Both the position numbers and the translations under genes were made by a program. Under the pieces are notes generated by a model. It was given only the letters and a program-made list of their open reading frames with translations. It made no database searches and was not told the origin of the DNA. From contig MU061698.1 of NCBI GenBank assembly GCA_013265495.1, forward strand, positions 2,618,068 to 2,682,067: a stretch of DNA of 64,000 nt, written 5' to 3'. The first letter of the stretch is position 1. Each line of letters starts with the position of its first letter. The DNA is from Vicugna vicugna (Eukaryota). This document shows positions 34,601-48,590 of the stretch, one piece after another.

Positions 34601-37059
34601 CACTCCAGCTCCCACAGCAGGAAGAATCCCGGCCCGCCCAGGGCCTCCATCGTCCCTGACACACGTGAAGCAGCAGGTGATCAGATGTGAAACACCTTCT
34701 AGATTAAGCTGAAGGAAGAGTCTATATTTTATGTTTTTTAAAAAATTCTAGACACTGAGGATTTTTAGGAAGTGTTTTAAGCAGTTACTCTAATGAAAGC
34801 ATGGTTAAAGAGAGATGTTCGCGTAGCAGAAAACATGTAACTGCTAAAAGGCACAACTTTTCTGAAACGACAGCAATACAATTGTGATTGAAAACAGAAA
34901 GTTAAGTGAAAATAAAAAGCAAATCACAAACAAATCTTGTACATAAAACTCCCAAGTGCAACTGTTTTTAAAATTGAGATACAATCTGGTTGTAGCTTTT
35001 CTATCCTTGGATATTGTATAAATAACTTCTCTAATTCACAGGCAGAGGAGCTGGAGAGATCATGTGAATATAAATGAAGTATGCAGGTAATACGAGCACT
35101 GACTACTAGTTAATGGAGAAAATAGTATTTCTAAAATTTATATATTTCTTAGGTGTATGTGTGTTCAATGTTGAGTACTTTAAATCAAGAGACATAAGTA
35201 TTTGAAGATTTGGAAGACTATAAAGTATTGCCATTTAGAAATGTTAAAATTTTCATTTCATAAAATTAAAATGTGATCTTATATTCAGTCTTTATTGTTT
35301 TTTTTAGGTACGAAAGCAATACTGGAACAGAAAAGACTCTTGGAAAGATAAGGGTGACATCTCATGTTCTAGATACAGTTTTGGTCTTGTTGCGATAAGA
35401 ATAAAGAGGGAAAAAAAGAGAGAGAGTTATAAAATACTAAACTTTTTAAAGTCTTTAGAGATTATTCTAGTCCAAGAGTTTTCAGCTCCCCTCACTTGCC
35501 TCCCTTTTCCACAATCCTTTGTTCAGGGAAACAGTTTATCAAGGAAACACATCCAGGAGTGTCCAAAATCACTTCTGCATGAAGAGCATGAAAGGATGCA
35601 GCCTATGAGGGATCCAGATAATACAGTTTAAAACCCATCCATTTGGTCCAACTACCAGATTCAGGAAGGTGCAGAGAGAGAAAAGAGCTGGTGTGAGATT
35701 CTGAATTAGAGTGTAGGTCTCCCAGTTCCACACCCAGTGGATGATCCCAGTACTTTATCACACTGCACCTACTCCACATTTCAGTAGATATGCTCCATAT
35801 TACAAACAGACGGTATTCAGGCTGACGACCTGCAAGCTACGTGCATGTAAATCGAGGGAACAGGTTGAAATCTGAAGACAGTCTGTCTGCTGCCAATTTC
35901 ATTGGCTCCCCCAGGGTAAGGCAGGAAACTCACTGTTGGATCCCCAGCACCTATGACAGTACCCTTGCCTAAAACTGATGCTCCACAAATACCGGTCAGT
36001 TCAGGAGCTAATAAACTGCGGATAAGTACTCGACATAAAATACTATTCTATTTAACCACGCAAAACAGCTCTCTAGTCCAGAGTTCTCAACGGGGAGGCT
36101 GAGACACAGTGTGCCTCGAGTGGCTTCTGGGCGTCCCACACTTGGAGGTTCCATCGGCCCTGAGCAGTCACCTTGGGCCAGGAGAAGCCTCATCTACTTA
36201 TTCTAGTGTGCTGAGTGAAGGCCGTCATTTCCCACACGCATCATGATGGAAAAAAAGGCTGGAAAGCACGGTCCAAGTCTAGGTGTTCGCAGCACGACAG
36301 CAATGAGGGGCAGGAAGACGAGAACAGGGCCGGGACTGAGCAAGCTCCTCTGAAATGCCACTGACATTATTTAAGCTCAAATGACTGTATTCCCTATCTT
36401 AATTTTGGAATACAAACTTATTCTTGATTCTGATAATCAAGGCTTCACAAATCATGACAGTACTTTTGGGTTTCCTTCGTAGATGGAGACATCATTTTAT
36501 CTTGGTAGTTTTTCTTAGAAGCCTACAGTACAGCTCTGCCCCCCAGTGAGGCAGGCATTTCTTACTGAAAGTTTCCTGGCACCTTCCAAGTGTCCTTCAC
36601 TTGTTTCTATATCTTAATCTAAATCAATTGTATCTGTATTTATATCTACCGTGTGTTTTAAAACAGACTGAAAAAAGTCATAGTAAGCCTAGCGACTTCC
36701 CATCCCTATGACTATGACTTTCCAGTTAGAAGCGAATTCCTCCTCTGCTAATGGGAATTGTGATTCTTCAAAACAGGGAAAAAATTTGAGTCAATTCATC
36801 CAATGGCATCAAACCCTTAAGAGGTATTTTCTTCTGATGGATTTAACCCCCCCCCCCAAATGACAGCTATGAAACAGGTAACCGATGATTTATGAAAGTA
36901 CTCTGACAGTCTTAGTTTTCGTTCACTTCTGCTCATCTTTTCGAGCACAACTCTTGGCATCCAAAGCCTATGTTATCTCAGGTTTCTGAAAAATCCCCTT
37001 TAAAGAAACTTTTCACATGATTTTCTGATGAGCAGAGCTGCCTCCCACTTAATTCAGCA

Positions 37060-37370
37060 TTGCAGAAAGCCTAAAGAGGGGAACAAAGCATTCCACATCC
37101 TGTCAGGGACAGAGGAAGAGAGAACAGACAAAGACACCACTGCTGCCCTCAGAGGTTCCCGGACCAGGAGAAGTAGACACTTCTGTAAATAGCTGATTAG
37201 AGGCACAGGGCACAACAAATTGCTATTACAGAGGAATGAGTAATGTGTGATGGGAACACAGAGAAGACAGTGATTTCCTATAATGGTGAGGGAACAGGCG
37301 ATATGGTGGTGGTATATGATTCTGGGAACCTGTTCCAGGTGGGATTTGAGTTGACTCTTGGGGAAAAAAA
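37060..37370 (-). mobile_element. L2 fragment
   Basis: gacaccactgctgccctcagagg ... ccaggtgggatttgagttgactctt. Boundaries approximate. Confidence 0.5.
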
Positions 37371-40300
37371 ACACATTCTAACAGTCTTTGGAATTAATGT
37401 TGTGTTATAATAAAGGTCTTCATTATACATGAAGTCCCAGATATGCCTATGTTAAGAGAAAATTCATTTCACAGGAAGAATATTGTAACAAAATCAGTAT
37501 ATTGGGCAACATTGGTGAAGGGGAACTCAATGTTGCCAGAGATTATTGTCTATATGTTAAACTAACACAAACAAATCACATGCGTGACTATTAACATAGT
37601 AACTTGGGAAAACAATTCTTATAAGAGTTTCTATTTATACTTGGACTGAATAAACTGGATTTAAGATTAAGAAATGTGTCTTAAAACCATAAGGGGAAAA
37701 GCCAATAGAAAGCACAAAAAAATCAGGACAATTAGATCATTTTGTTCAATTTTGCCATGAACCACAAATCACATTCTTCACAAAGTAAATCATGCCCTGT
37801 TGTTTATTCTGAAGCACTTGAGTTGGGACTACAATTAGAGCTTTAGTGAATTAAAAAACAAAACAAAACACTAAAGAACATTTAGTTTGTCTGTATCTAA
37901 AGACCCAGGGAGGTGCTATTTTACCTTAAAATGTGTAGCCCTTGTAGGACATTAGTGTTTCCAAAACACTCACCTTGAACATCTCCTAACCCTTGAAAGA
38001 CGCTGGGGTGAGGGAGCTCGTATTTGAGGAGTGTGTCAGACCTTCGTGCCAGAGCTACATTAAAAGATCACAGCACTCCACTGAGATTACTGTGAGAGGG
38101 GAAAAAGGATTCTTCAAGGAATCCTGTGTATGGTACTCTGGGACAACTGAAGTTTAGTTAAGTGTACACAACCAGGATCTCATTTAATCTCCACAACAAG
38201 CTATCATAGTAGGCAGAATGGAAGAACTCATATCCCTGCTGTATGCCACATGGCTATATACGTGGTTGGGTTTGAACCTGCGTCTTTTACGTCCAAAGAC
38301 AACCTTGTTCATTCTTCGATGCCACACTGTCCTGCAATGAACAAGTCTTCCCTGTGTCTTTCTATGTAGTTCCCTGTGATGGCGATTGCACACTGAATGC
38401 AGTTATCCGTCTTTAGCAAACTGCTGAGCTATAGCCTTTCACAGATACATAGCTTGCTTGAGCTTAAAAAAACTTTTAAATCATCTTGTCCACCTCCCTC
38501 CCCTTACATCCTAGGACACTGTACTCAGGAAGCTGATTGCCTGAAGTTGTAAACTAGTGAAAGAGCTGAGGTCAGGACCCAGTGCCTTGGTTTCTAGATT
38601 GTGCTCTTTCCAAACCCCACACTAGATGCTTTTCGGAGTATGAAAACTTCTCTTTGGTGTTCTGGCCCTTGTTAACAATAAGAATATGACAACTCCTGTT
38701 GATTAGTTATTGACAATTATTTACATGGCCAGTGGAAAATCATTAGGTTGAGGATATTACATTACTTGGGTTTTTGCCATTGTCAAAACAAGGCGGTTGT
38801 CTCACACTGATAAGTACGGGTGTTCTCCGGCCAGTAACGCAGAGGAGCTAATTTTAAACTCAGCATTATGGTCTGTCTTGGGTCCAGCTTTTAGTTCTTG
38901 CTATTTGTTACTTGTAAATAAAGGTTATTATTAGACACTCAGACTAGTTCCACTGAGGCAGACACTTTCCAGAGTAGCTGGAATTTCACAGCATCTTGAA
39001 CAAAATTCCATTATCTGAGTGTCAATTTTCTCGTCTATAGAATGAGATATAATTATTCTGTCCTGTCCACCTCCCAGAATTGTGATAATTAAATGCGATA
39101 CGAAATGTAAGATGTACTCTTCAAGAATGCAAAGAGATGTAAAAATACTGTTATCCAGTTCTTTTCTCTGGGCAAAACTACTGTTTCACGTAAGGAGAGA
39201 CCCTAATTATTGGTTCCTCAGTTTCTGACTAATCAACTGAGCCTACTTTGCATTACTCTTATTACTGAAGAGAAGAAAACACGATGTGTACGCACAGACA
39301 TCCACCGTCCTGTGCATACTGAGTTTGAGAAATAGTGTTTTTCCTTCATTTTTGTTGTTTTATTTTCAACAGGTACTTTTCTTATTATATTTTTACATAC
39401 CTGGAAATCCTAATAAGTGATGGACCAGTTACATATCATGCATTTAGAATGTATACAGAAAAGTCTCGTAGAGTTTACCACCACATACTTGGCAGGGTCT
39501 CCAGCTAATGGCTAATCAACTAAGTCCCCGATCCCCGTGCCCGTGAGGCACCATCTTGACAACCCTCAATGTTGTCTTCAATTTAGAGTGCACAGGAGGC
39601 CCTGATGGGGAAATGACTTCTCTTTGGGTCCCAATGCTAACCCCAGTACAATATGAAACTGGAGTTATTAAAATAGATGTTTATAGAAACCCTGTTTGGT
39701 ACAGTGACCAAGAGAAATGACTGCAAGCCAAGGGCTGTGCTCTAGTCTTGCAGAGGCCAGCCACTGGCAGTGAGGCTTGTCAAAGCATTTGCTTCTCTGG
39801 GCCTAAATTCCTTCTTCTATAAGATAAGAGACTTAAGTAAATAGACCTCTTGGTCCCTCGAAGCTTTGAGGGCTGAACAGAACTTTTAACAGGGCAGGGC
39901 TCTGTGTCTTGTTCACTGCTTCATCCCCAGTTCACTGAAAAATGACCGGCACATAGAAGGAACTCAAGAAATATTAAGTCAATAATGAGTGACTGGGAAT
40001 AAATACTCCCAAGAGTCATCCAAGTGCGCCTACTCCCACAGACATACCCAAAATTCCATCACCATCCTCAGATGGCCTTCCATCACCACCCTATGTGAGC
40101 ACCCCACCTCTCCTGAGTCAGACTCTGTCTCCTGATCTTCTGGCCCTGGTACTAGCTTCACAGTCCTTATTCACGGTCTGATATCACCAACTGCATGTTG
40201 CTGACGTGCGTATTCCTTATCTCCCCCCCCCGCCAGTCTGTGGAAGACCCTACTGCACTCACAGCCTTTGGAGCAGTGCTTAACATAGAACAGGCACAAA

Positions 40301-41899
40301 GTATTTGTTGAATGAAAAAAGTAAATGACATTAAATTACCTAACATCTAAGGTCTCTTCCAGCTCTTGAGTTCTTTGGTTCTATCTCAGCAAGAGTATAT
40401 TTCTCAGAAAAATTATTGCTACAAATTTTACTAAGTGATCCAAAGTTAATCACACAACACACTAGGTAAGACAATGGTCTTTTGACTTACAGTATTTGTC
40501 TACTGTGGGTAACTGACCCAGCCAGGGGCAAACTCTAAAACTTGGGTGTAAGTGATGATGTTTTCAGCTGCATGTATACATAGTAATGACTGCCCGCCTG
40601 CACATTTTGGATCAGAATTAAATCCACTGTGAATCATCCATTAGAATCAAGATCTGCAAGCAGAGACTAGAATACCATTCCGCTCACGTGTCGGTTCCCT
40701 TCAGAGCTGCCTGAAACTCAGCTCTGCCAAGATGTTTATTTTCTACCTGGCTTTATGAATTGCAATTACTTCCTAAATTATAACAAGCCACAAGTGGTCT
40801 GAGCCAAACAATCAAGGTCACAGAAGGTCTCTCCTTGTACTTCTGGGGATAACAGAAAAACTTGTTTGAACCAAATGTGATCCACTTTCAAAAGAAAGAA
40901 AACTTTAAGCCTTCAACTCCTGGGAGTGGCAAAGAGAACAGCCAGAGGGCCATGAGCTAACTTCCATTCTCCCGAGATCATTTGAACAGATTTGGCAATG
41001 ATTTGGCTTCTGTTGAAAACAAGTCCTTCTAATTATACTCCTGCCAGTGGAAGACAAAAGACAGCACCATAGTTTAGAAAGGCCATAACAACATGCCAAC
41101 ATCATGGCCGCAACTGTGTAGTTTCCTTCTGAGCAGAGTACTGCTGACGTGTAAGTCAAACACTGGGCTCTGGCACCCCTTCATGAGAACATGACCTTCC
41201 TAAGAGCCCACAGGGAAGCTGGTGAAGTGATTTGCTTCCCTTCAACTGTATCTTGGATGTAATATTTTCTGACACTAGAAATAAAATAATTCCATGTTTT
41301 TGTTCCTCTCTCCACCCCACCATGCCAAAAATAGTTTGCATTAAGTAGATAAGAAAGGCAGAGACAAAGAGTATAGGGTTTTCCATTCTGCATCTGCTGA
41401 AACACAAAGGGGACAGAAAATACAGATGTTTTCTCTTTGCTGCTACAAAAGGGTGGCGGACGAACTCTTTCAGCATCTCTGGAATGCAAATTTTCTTTCA
41501 CAGTTTAGCAGTCTTTTTTGGATTTCAGCACAGTGAACTAACACTTTCCTGGATTCCAAGACCTCCAGAGAACCAGATGGATGAGAGGAATTGGGAAAAA
41601 AAAGAACCCACGCTACTTGAAAAAGGTATGAATTTCTCACTCTGCATCTAGCCAAAAGCGCTGAAAATTAGAAGAGCGAAATCACTTTTGGTTTGTTCAA
41701 ATGCATGCCATCCTAGAGTTGTTTGTGGTGGATTAAAAAAAAAAACACTAAACTAAAGTGATTTGGTGGTTGAGAGTCTGTGTTCAGTTTAAGCTAGGAA
41801 GCAAACTTTAACAGAGATGATATGTTTACTATCAAAGGCAGGAAAGAATGTGGATGGAAGAGATTACACAAGAACATCATTCTATGTGCCAATGCTCTT

Positions 41900-42250
41900 A
41901 AATCCAGTGACTGCTCCCCAGTGCCAGACTTTCAAGCTTGACACTCAAGGCCTTTCAGGATGTTGTCCTACCTCCTCTTTCCAGGCACCTATCCCACCAT
42001 TCCCCCAACACAGTCTTCATTCCTGTCAATCCAAGCTTTTTAACACTTCACACACCTTGTTCTTGCATGCTTTTACATCCACTATTGTCTCTGCCTTGAA
42101 AATGTCTTAACAAGTTAGTTGGCTCAACTTTCAAGGCCCAGGGCACGTAAATGCAACCTCCCCTATTAATCATTCCCCTACTTGTCTGTTCTTTCACGGC
42201 ACTGCTCACACCGCCATTGTATCAGGGACTCTGTCTGTAGTCCATCTGTT
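41900..42250 (+). mobile_element. L2 fragment
   Basis: gacactcaaggcctttcaggat ... ttgtctctgccttgaaaatgtc ... ctttcaaggcccag. Boundaries approximate. Confidence 0.55.
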
Positions 42251-42264
42251 TATATGTTATGGAA

Positions 42265-42812
42265 AACGCTATGACCAAGTGCACCTTCCAAAGATGATGA
42301 CATCAGCACACATCTCATCCCACACAGTCTTCTTCCAGTGTGACATCGGCAGTCCATAGAGAGATGAATGCTTGGGAGGGCATTTGTAACTGCTCAGTCA
42401 ATAGAAAGCTGTAAAGGTGACGCCCTATGACTCTTGATACTACTCATAAATGTGATATGGTTTTCTGAGACACATACCTTTGAGGCCCTGAGTTACCATG
42501 TTAGAAGCTGAGCTACCTTGAAGCTGCCATATTGAGGAGATTACATGTAGATGGAGGGAGAAGCCTGGACAACCCCGGTTGTTCCAGAAGAGCTATTCAA
42601 GTATCCCCAGAAGGGGCACCAGACATATCACTGAAGAAGGCTTTAAGAGAACTCAGACCCAGGAATCTCACGAGAGACCTCAAGACAGAATTCCTCAGTT
42701 GAGATGCTACCAAATTCCTGCCCCACCAAACTGTGAGGGATAGTAAATGGTGATTGTTCTCTTCACCCACTAAGCTTCAGAGTGGTTAGGCATGTAGCCA
42801 TAGTAATTGAAA
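42265..42812 (+). mobile_element. ERVL-MaLR solo LTR, MLT1-type
   Basis: ccttccaaagatg ... gccctgagttaccatgt ... ccaaattcctgccccac-aaactgtgag-gata ... ccactaagcttcagagtggtt...gtagccatagtaattgaaac, typical MLT1 phrases. Confidence 0.7.
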
Positions 42813-43329
42813 CGTAAGTACAGTTTCCATATTTGATTATGAGCTCTTCAAATATAAGGATTAAAACATATGTATCTAGCCCTAAAGAGGGTGAATGAAA
42901 CATGGAAGAGATTGTTTATTGAATAAATACTTGAATGAAAGAATATTAACTTTTGGACACGTCCACATAAATTAACATCTTGTAACTTTATGAGGCTAGT
43001 TAAGTTTATACAGCTAGGGCACTCTGAGCAATAATAATGTCCAAACCATATGAATGCAAAATAGATCTTCCTCCTCCATACAAGGGACAATGTATTTTTC
43101 AAATCTGGCAAGCTACTGTTTATTCCCAGTAATAGCATGAGCATAAATTGGTACTTGAATATATGTATAGAATTCCTTTTCTTCAAAAGTTTCCAGTACT
43201 ATTCTTAGCATCTCTACATGTGAAAAGACAACGCTTTCTTTTAGCATTGGTATCAATTAATAAAGATGACTTATCTATTTAACTGTACAATCAAAGAAAT
43301 TAAAAATGTCACAGAAAACATGGAGTAAC

Positions 43330-43745
43330 ACCAGAGTGAGGAGGACCTTAGGGGACATCTGCCCCAGCCAATCTGATCCATAAATCCCCTCTGTGACATC
43401 CTCAGCCAGTCAACACTCGTCCAGCCCCTGGGACTGCTTGCATCACGTCCAGTCACAGCAGACAGTCTCGGAAGGTGTCCATTCTTTCAGTAGGTCTAAT
43501 GTTAGCCTCATTAGCCCTACTGGCTGCCCTCTAAGGACAAGTCTGTTGCCTTTTCTATGTAACAGAGTACTGAAAAAAATCGTCCCTCTCCTCAGTCCTC
43601 TCTTTATTGAGATTAAACACCTGGATTCCTTCAACAATTTCTTATGGGACATGATTTCTGTCGTCTTGCCCTCCTGACTGCCCTCCTCTGCACAGATTCC
43701 CTTCAATGTGTGGGGCCCGGAAATAAACACAGGACTCCAGGAGCC
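43330..43745 (-). mobile_element. CR1/L3 LINE fragment
   Basis: attaaacacctggattccttcaacaatttcttatgggacatgattt ... ctgccctcctctgcac ... gtggggcccggaaataaacacaggactccag matches antisense L3 phrasing. Confidence 0.65.
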
Positions 43746-43895
43746 GCAGGTTCCTCTTCTCTACAGGAGTGCAGCCGTGGAGTACATTTCCTTTTCTGTG
43801 GTCCCACTTATTATTATTGATCTTGGGGTCAGACTGTCTCTCCTACAAATCTTTTTTCTTTTTTTGACATGATCCAGATAACTAAAAACTTTAGT

Positions 43896-44005
43896 TTTAT
43901 ATATATATAGTTCTATATACATATAGAAGTATACTCAGTTACAATGTGTCAATTTCTGGTGTACAGCACAATGTCCCAGTCATGCATATGTAATACATAT
44001 ATTTG
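43896..44005 (-). mobile_element. Very short L1 3' end with (TA)n-degenerated tail and TSD
   Basis: gaagtatactcagttacaatgtgtcaatttctggtgtacagcacaatgtcccagtcatgc, flanked by taaaaactttagt (43883-43895) and taaaaagctttagt (44006-44019). Confidence 0.75.
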
Positions 44006-44944
44006 TAAAAAGCTTTAGTAATATTAATGACCATATTTTGTTTATTTTCCTCCCACCCTTTACCTTAAATCAGTAAGTTCAGGTCAGATAAACTTCAAGA
44101 GCTATAATCTTGCTACCATTGAAAGATGTCTGACGCCAAAAGTCAGCATGGCTTTCTTCTTCCTATGTCCCGTCAGCACCAGGTTCTGTATCCTTTTGCC
44201 CACTAAGTGTTTTAATTCCACCCATCCTTCTCTTTCTCTACCATATTATTTCATCATCTCCCTCTTAGGTAATCACAGCAGCCTGTTTCTCTCTACTCCA
44301 GCCTATCACCGTGTTGATTTGCCTACCACATCTCAGCACATCAGACTCATCCGCCAGCTTTAAAAATGAAAGATTCCTAGGCCACCCCCAGACCTGTTTA
44401 ACCATTACCTCTGGGGTCGGGGCTCAAGCATCCATCACTTTAAAAAAGTTCTCCGACTGTGCCAGAACTTCCTGATCATTCAAGATGGCCTGAAATTTGA
44501 GTTTTTGTAAAGCAAACAAACAAACAAACAAAAAAACTGAGAGTGCATTTAGATAAATTTACTGTGGGTATCTGGAGAAGAGTTTTGTTAAGGATTTTCG
44601 ATTCCTTTCAATTACTTTCTGGGAAACTGAGGTTGTCTTAGAGGACATCTAAAGAAGGAAGGAGGAAGGAGATGGGAATGAACACCTGCAGCACTAGACT
44701 GAAGCACCGGGCAAGGCCCCACCTGGAAACGTATGAGGTAAGACTTGAGGCTTTAACAGTATCCATAGGTCTCAAGTCAAAGTTTATGTCACTCCATGGT
44801 GGACACACACATAACAGTTAGGCAAGATCATTAATCTCTAATGATTAATTGCAATCAATGCCCATGCAATCTCATGGGATGGAGAGTAACATTTTATGAT
44901 TTATGATCATAAACATTTACGACTCATGTTCAAAATCTCCCTAT

Positions 44945-45085
44945 CAGGGCCAGGATTAGGTGAAGCAAGTCAGGCACCTAGGGAGCAAAATTTAAGGAGG
45001 TGCCACTTTCAGGGTCCTCCAAGTGCCTGAGAATCTCAGTTTGGTTCCCAGGGACCTCGCTTCCCTTACCCTAGTCCCAGCCCTG
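44945..45085. mobile_element. hAT MITE, MER96-like, palindromic
   Basis: Termini CAGGGCCAGGATTAGG...CCCTAGTCCCAGCCCTG, with internal gcaaaatttaaggagg. Confidence 0.65.
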
Positions 45086-45499
45086 CTGCAGGTTTTGTAT
45101 TAACATATTTCCCCCCTAAGAAATTCTGCCTCATAGCTATAACCCATTTTAAATTTGTATTTTAACATTGCCCATTTCTTTCACATCATCTGAACTAAGG
45201 GCCGTTTCTGCTGTTTCCACTATGAAACATCATTTACAGTAATAAGCCCACTCTGGGCATTTCACACCTCCCCGTTTCCTTCCTTGTTCTCTTGGTTTCA
45301 AGGACAGATATTTGCCCTGAAAAACCTGTTAGAGTTCAAGACGAAGGGTATGAGACAGACAATGAAAAAATGTATCGCCTCCTTCGGTCATAATAATAAG
45401 CTTTTGTCCTTTAGTACAGTACTTTCTAGCCAGCTAGGCTACTGACCTACAAGTGTATTTTCAATAGTCTTGTCAATATTTTCCCAAGCCTTGAACTAC

Positions 45500-46640
45500 A
45501 AAGGGTCACACTGAATACACTGTCATCTTTCCAAAGCCTTCTCTTCTGCCTGTGTTTCTGATTTTATGGGAATCCAACTTATCATCCGAAACAAAAACCT
45601 GAGAGTCTTCTTTGACTTCATCTCTCCCATCCCTTACGCATCCAAGCCATCAGTCAATCCGTCCTTGTCCTCCTCTCCATCCCCACTGCTTGCACCCTAT
45701 TCAGGGTCCCATCATTCCTGGCTGTCAAACTGCAACGTCATCCATCAAGGGTCTTTCTGACACAGGGTTTGCTCGACTCCAGAAGTCTCATATTCAAATA
45801 CAAGACCCAGAAAGACATCAGTGAGTGATGTGTAAGAAATAAACCGTGGGGGCGGAGCACTGTGGCAAATTGCAGAATGCCTGCCTCGCCACAGATGAAG
45901 GTGCTTCTCAGTTCTAGCTGACTGTGGCCAGGCAGAAATCGGGAATGCTGCTTTTTAGCAGAAGCTGGAGATCTGGATTTTTATGTGAAATCTCCAAAAT
46001 TTTAGTTTGCAATTAGTTGAACAATTTTTAAAAAATCTTTGGAATATCAACCAAAACATATCCCCCTGGAATCTGACAGGACAGCAGCCAGTGTGTGACC
46101 TCTGCCCTACTCTACTTGATCCCCTGGGCTACCCTGTCTGAGTGTATTCCTACAGCATGGACAGCATCACATCTCTGCCTTACCTAGAAACCATAAAAAG
46201 ATCACTCCACGCCTACAGGGGAAATCCAGCTCCTTGCAGCATGGTAAGAACTTTCACAATTTTGACACTACCGGACACTCAGCCAGCCACTCCTCTTATG
46301 TAACCTACATTCCAGCCAAACCAGACGCTTCCCTTTCCCTGAACGTGTCCTAAACTTACCCCCTTGGTAGCCAGATGTGCCCTCTTCTGATGTCTTCCCT
46401 GAGTTAGTCCGTCTCAGGCAGAACTGGCTGCTACCTCCTTCTTCATCCATAAAACATTTTCAGGTACGCTTTTGTGGTATTTTTACACTGTGTTCTGCTT
46501 TTGTGTACATTTATCCCTCCCACCCTGTTTTGAGGTTCTTGAAAAGGGACCAAGTCCTACCCGTCTTTGGCATCCCCAGGCACAGCGTCTGGTACAAAAC
46601 AACAAGGATGCAATAGGAACACTTTGACTAATGAATGACT
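45500..46640 (+). mobile_element. L2 element interrupted by the MER102-like insertion
   Basis: caaaaacctgagagtcttctttgacttcatctctc ... continues after 46105 to agggaccaagtcctacccgtctttggcatccccaggcacagcgtctgg ... aatgaatgact (L2 3' tail). Confidence 0.6.
45850..46104 (-). mobile_element. hAT-Charlie MER102-like fragment
   Basis: atctggatttttatgtgaaatctcc ... caattagttgaac ... ccagtgtgtgacctctg resembles the reverse complement of the MER102 5' end. Confidence 0.6.
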
Positions 46641-47689
46641 AAATAGAAGCTCAAATGCAAAAAAGCCTGTATGTTGATTTTGTTGAGGTTAACAGTGTAA
46701 ATCCTCCTCTGGTTTGGTAAAAACTAGAAAAGCTGGGCGTAGAAGACGTAAGGTTAGCCTGGAAGTCCGGGCAGCAGTCATTACCACCTTCCTTGTCTGA
46801 GGCAAGCACAACAGCAAACACTTTGCAGCCGGGCAGCATCTTTCTGGGATGGGCTCTCAGCCCACTGCAGATAGGGCCTTCTTCACCTTGTGTTGTCTGA
46901 ATCAACTTGCTCCTGGGTCACAGAGGCAGCCTTTGACAGGGACAAGAGAGCTCCCGTGTCAGAGCACATTGTCTCCATTAACAGCGCTCTTCTTGTCAAG
47001 GATACACCAGAGGAAATTTATGAAAGAAGCTGGATGTAAAGACCTGCTTAGATATGCGTCTCACTTGTGTGCGATCAAGAAGAACAAATGACAAGCGTTC
47101 CAAACAGTGACCTGAAGAGAGGACAGTCCAAAATTCCAGATAAATAATGCGTCTCTTGCAAGTAAAAATTCACTTTATGGTGTGGCTTTTTTTTGCAATT
47201 CACTCTAATCCTCCCTCAAGCCCATTGAATTTTTAAATCTCTCCCGAGCATTTTGCCATCCGCCCTCACACTTTCGAGTGACAGGAGGGTGATTTTCAGA
47301 TGCTCGGGCTGTGTGGGCCTCAACTACACAATCGGGAGACATCTACCCAAACAGAGGTCTTGTCTCTGCCGTGAAGCACAGAGCGTGGTGACTCAGTAAA
47401 CATTCTGATCGCGGCCCTCCTGGTCCTTCCCTGGAAAACCTTTAAAATATGATCTTCTGGAGCTAATCACAATTTGGTAAGATATCAGACAATAACGAAA
47501 GGTCTTAGATTCTGTGAGTGTGAAGTTTATATTTTGTTTTGGAAGTTCCAAGGTCAGAGATTAAAATTCTAGGCTTTAATTTTGATGTCATAATGAGAAG
47601 TAGCAGAAGTGACAACTCCAAAGCAACTGCATTACAGCCTTCATCTGGTTCCCACCTTACGTGCCATGAATTTTATATGTATTACCTAA

Positions 47690-47850
47690 GATCCTCAAAA
47701 CAACCTTGAAAAATAGATATTATTATTCCCAATTAACAGATAAAAATACTAAGGCTGAGAGAGGCTAAGTGATTTTCCAAATTTGCTCAACTGGAACATA
47801 GCTGGGCCAAGATAAAAAATTAGCCTTTCTGACTCTGCAAGTCCATGCTC
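47690..47850 (-). mobile_element. MIR
   Basis: atcctcaaaacaaccttg ... aacagataaaaatactaaggctgagagaggctaagtgattttcc. Confidence 0.7.
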
Positions 47851-48459
47851 TTTCCTGTCCAAACTACTGCAAAGAATGTATCCAAGGAGATGGATAATAA
47901 AAATGATAGATACTTCCCAAATCCATTTTTGCTTAGAGATGCAATTCTGAATTTTCCACTATGTACGGGTAAATATACTAACCTCTAAACTCCCTTGGTT
48001 TCCAAAATAATTATATTATTGACTTAAGGAAAGCTGGAAAAACACCCTCCTCCTTCACTGCCCAACTCCCTCCAGCTCATTTCATTCCAGGGACAGATAC
48101 TATTTCTTAAATCAAAGCAAAGTTTGCCTTTAAAATAAAAAATTCATAGAAAGCACTTCCCGTAGGGAGAGGGACTGTGTTTCAAAGGCCCTTTTCCCTG
48201 TGAGTTGTGACGAGAAGGAGAGGAGGTATTTAGTAAGCGGAGTTCTAAAGTAAAACAGACGTTGCCAAGAGAATAGTACCAGCCCAGGACCAGCTGACAT
48301 GCAGGTAGACCAGCACTTGGACGCTGGTGTCTAAACTCAGATGACACAACTGTTAGCACAAACAGAAGGAAAACACTGAAGAAAATAATTTAGAAGCTGC
48401 CACCAAAGACAATGGTTAAGTATGGGAGGGAGACAGAAAGAACACATCCACAATGTGGG

Positions 48460-48590
48460 TTTTTTTTTGTTGGGGGGGGATTAGGTTTGTTTGTTTGTTT
48501 GTTTGTTTATGTTAATGGAGGTACTGGGGATTGAACCCACGACCTCGTGCCTGCTAAGTACACTCTCTACCACTGAGCTGTACCCTCCCC
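48460..48590 (-). mobile_element. tRNA-Ala-derived SINE, camelid vic-1-like (second copy)
   Basis: The reverse complement GGGGAGGGTACAGCTCAGTGGTAGAG...CTTAGCA...GGTTCAATCCCCAGTACCTCCA is followed by an (AAAC)n tail, AAACCTAAT, a C-run and an A-run, the same layout as the 32919 copy. Degenerate flanking duplication cacaatgtgg / cacagtgtag. Confidence 0.85.

Noticed and set aside
32919-48590. tRNA-Ala genes, or an inverted SINE pair driving circRNA or editing
   Set aside because: Both copies have SINE tails and disrupted stems, so they are not tRNA genes. They are 15 kb apart in the same intron and do not flank an exon.
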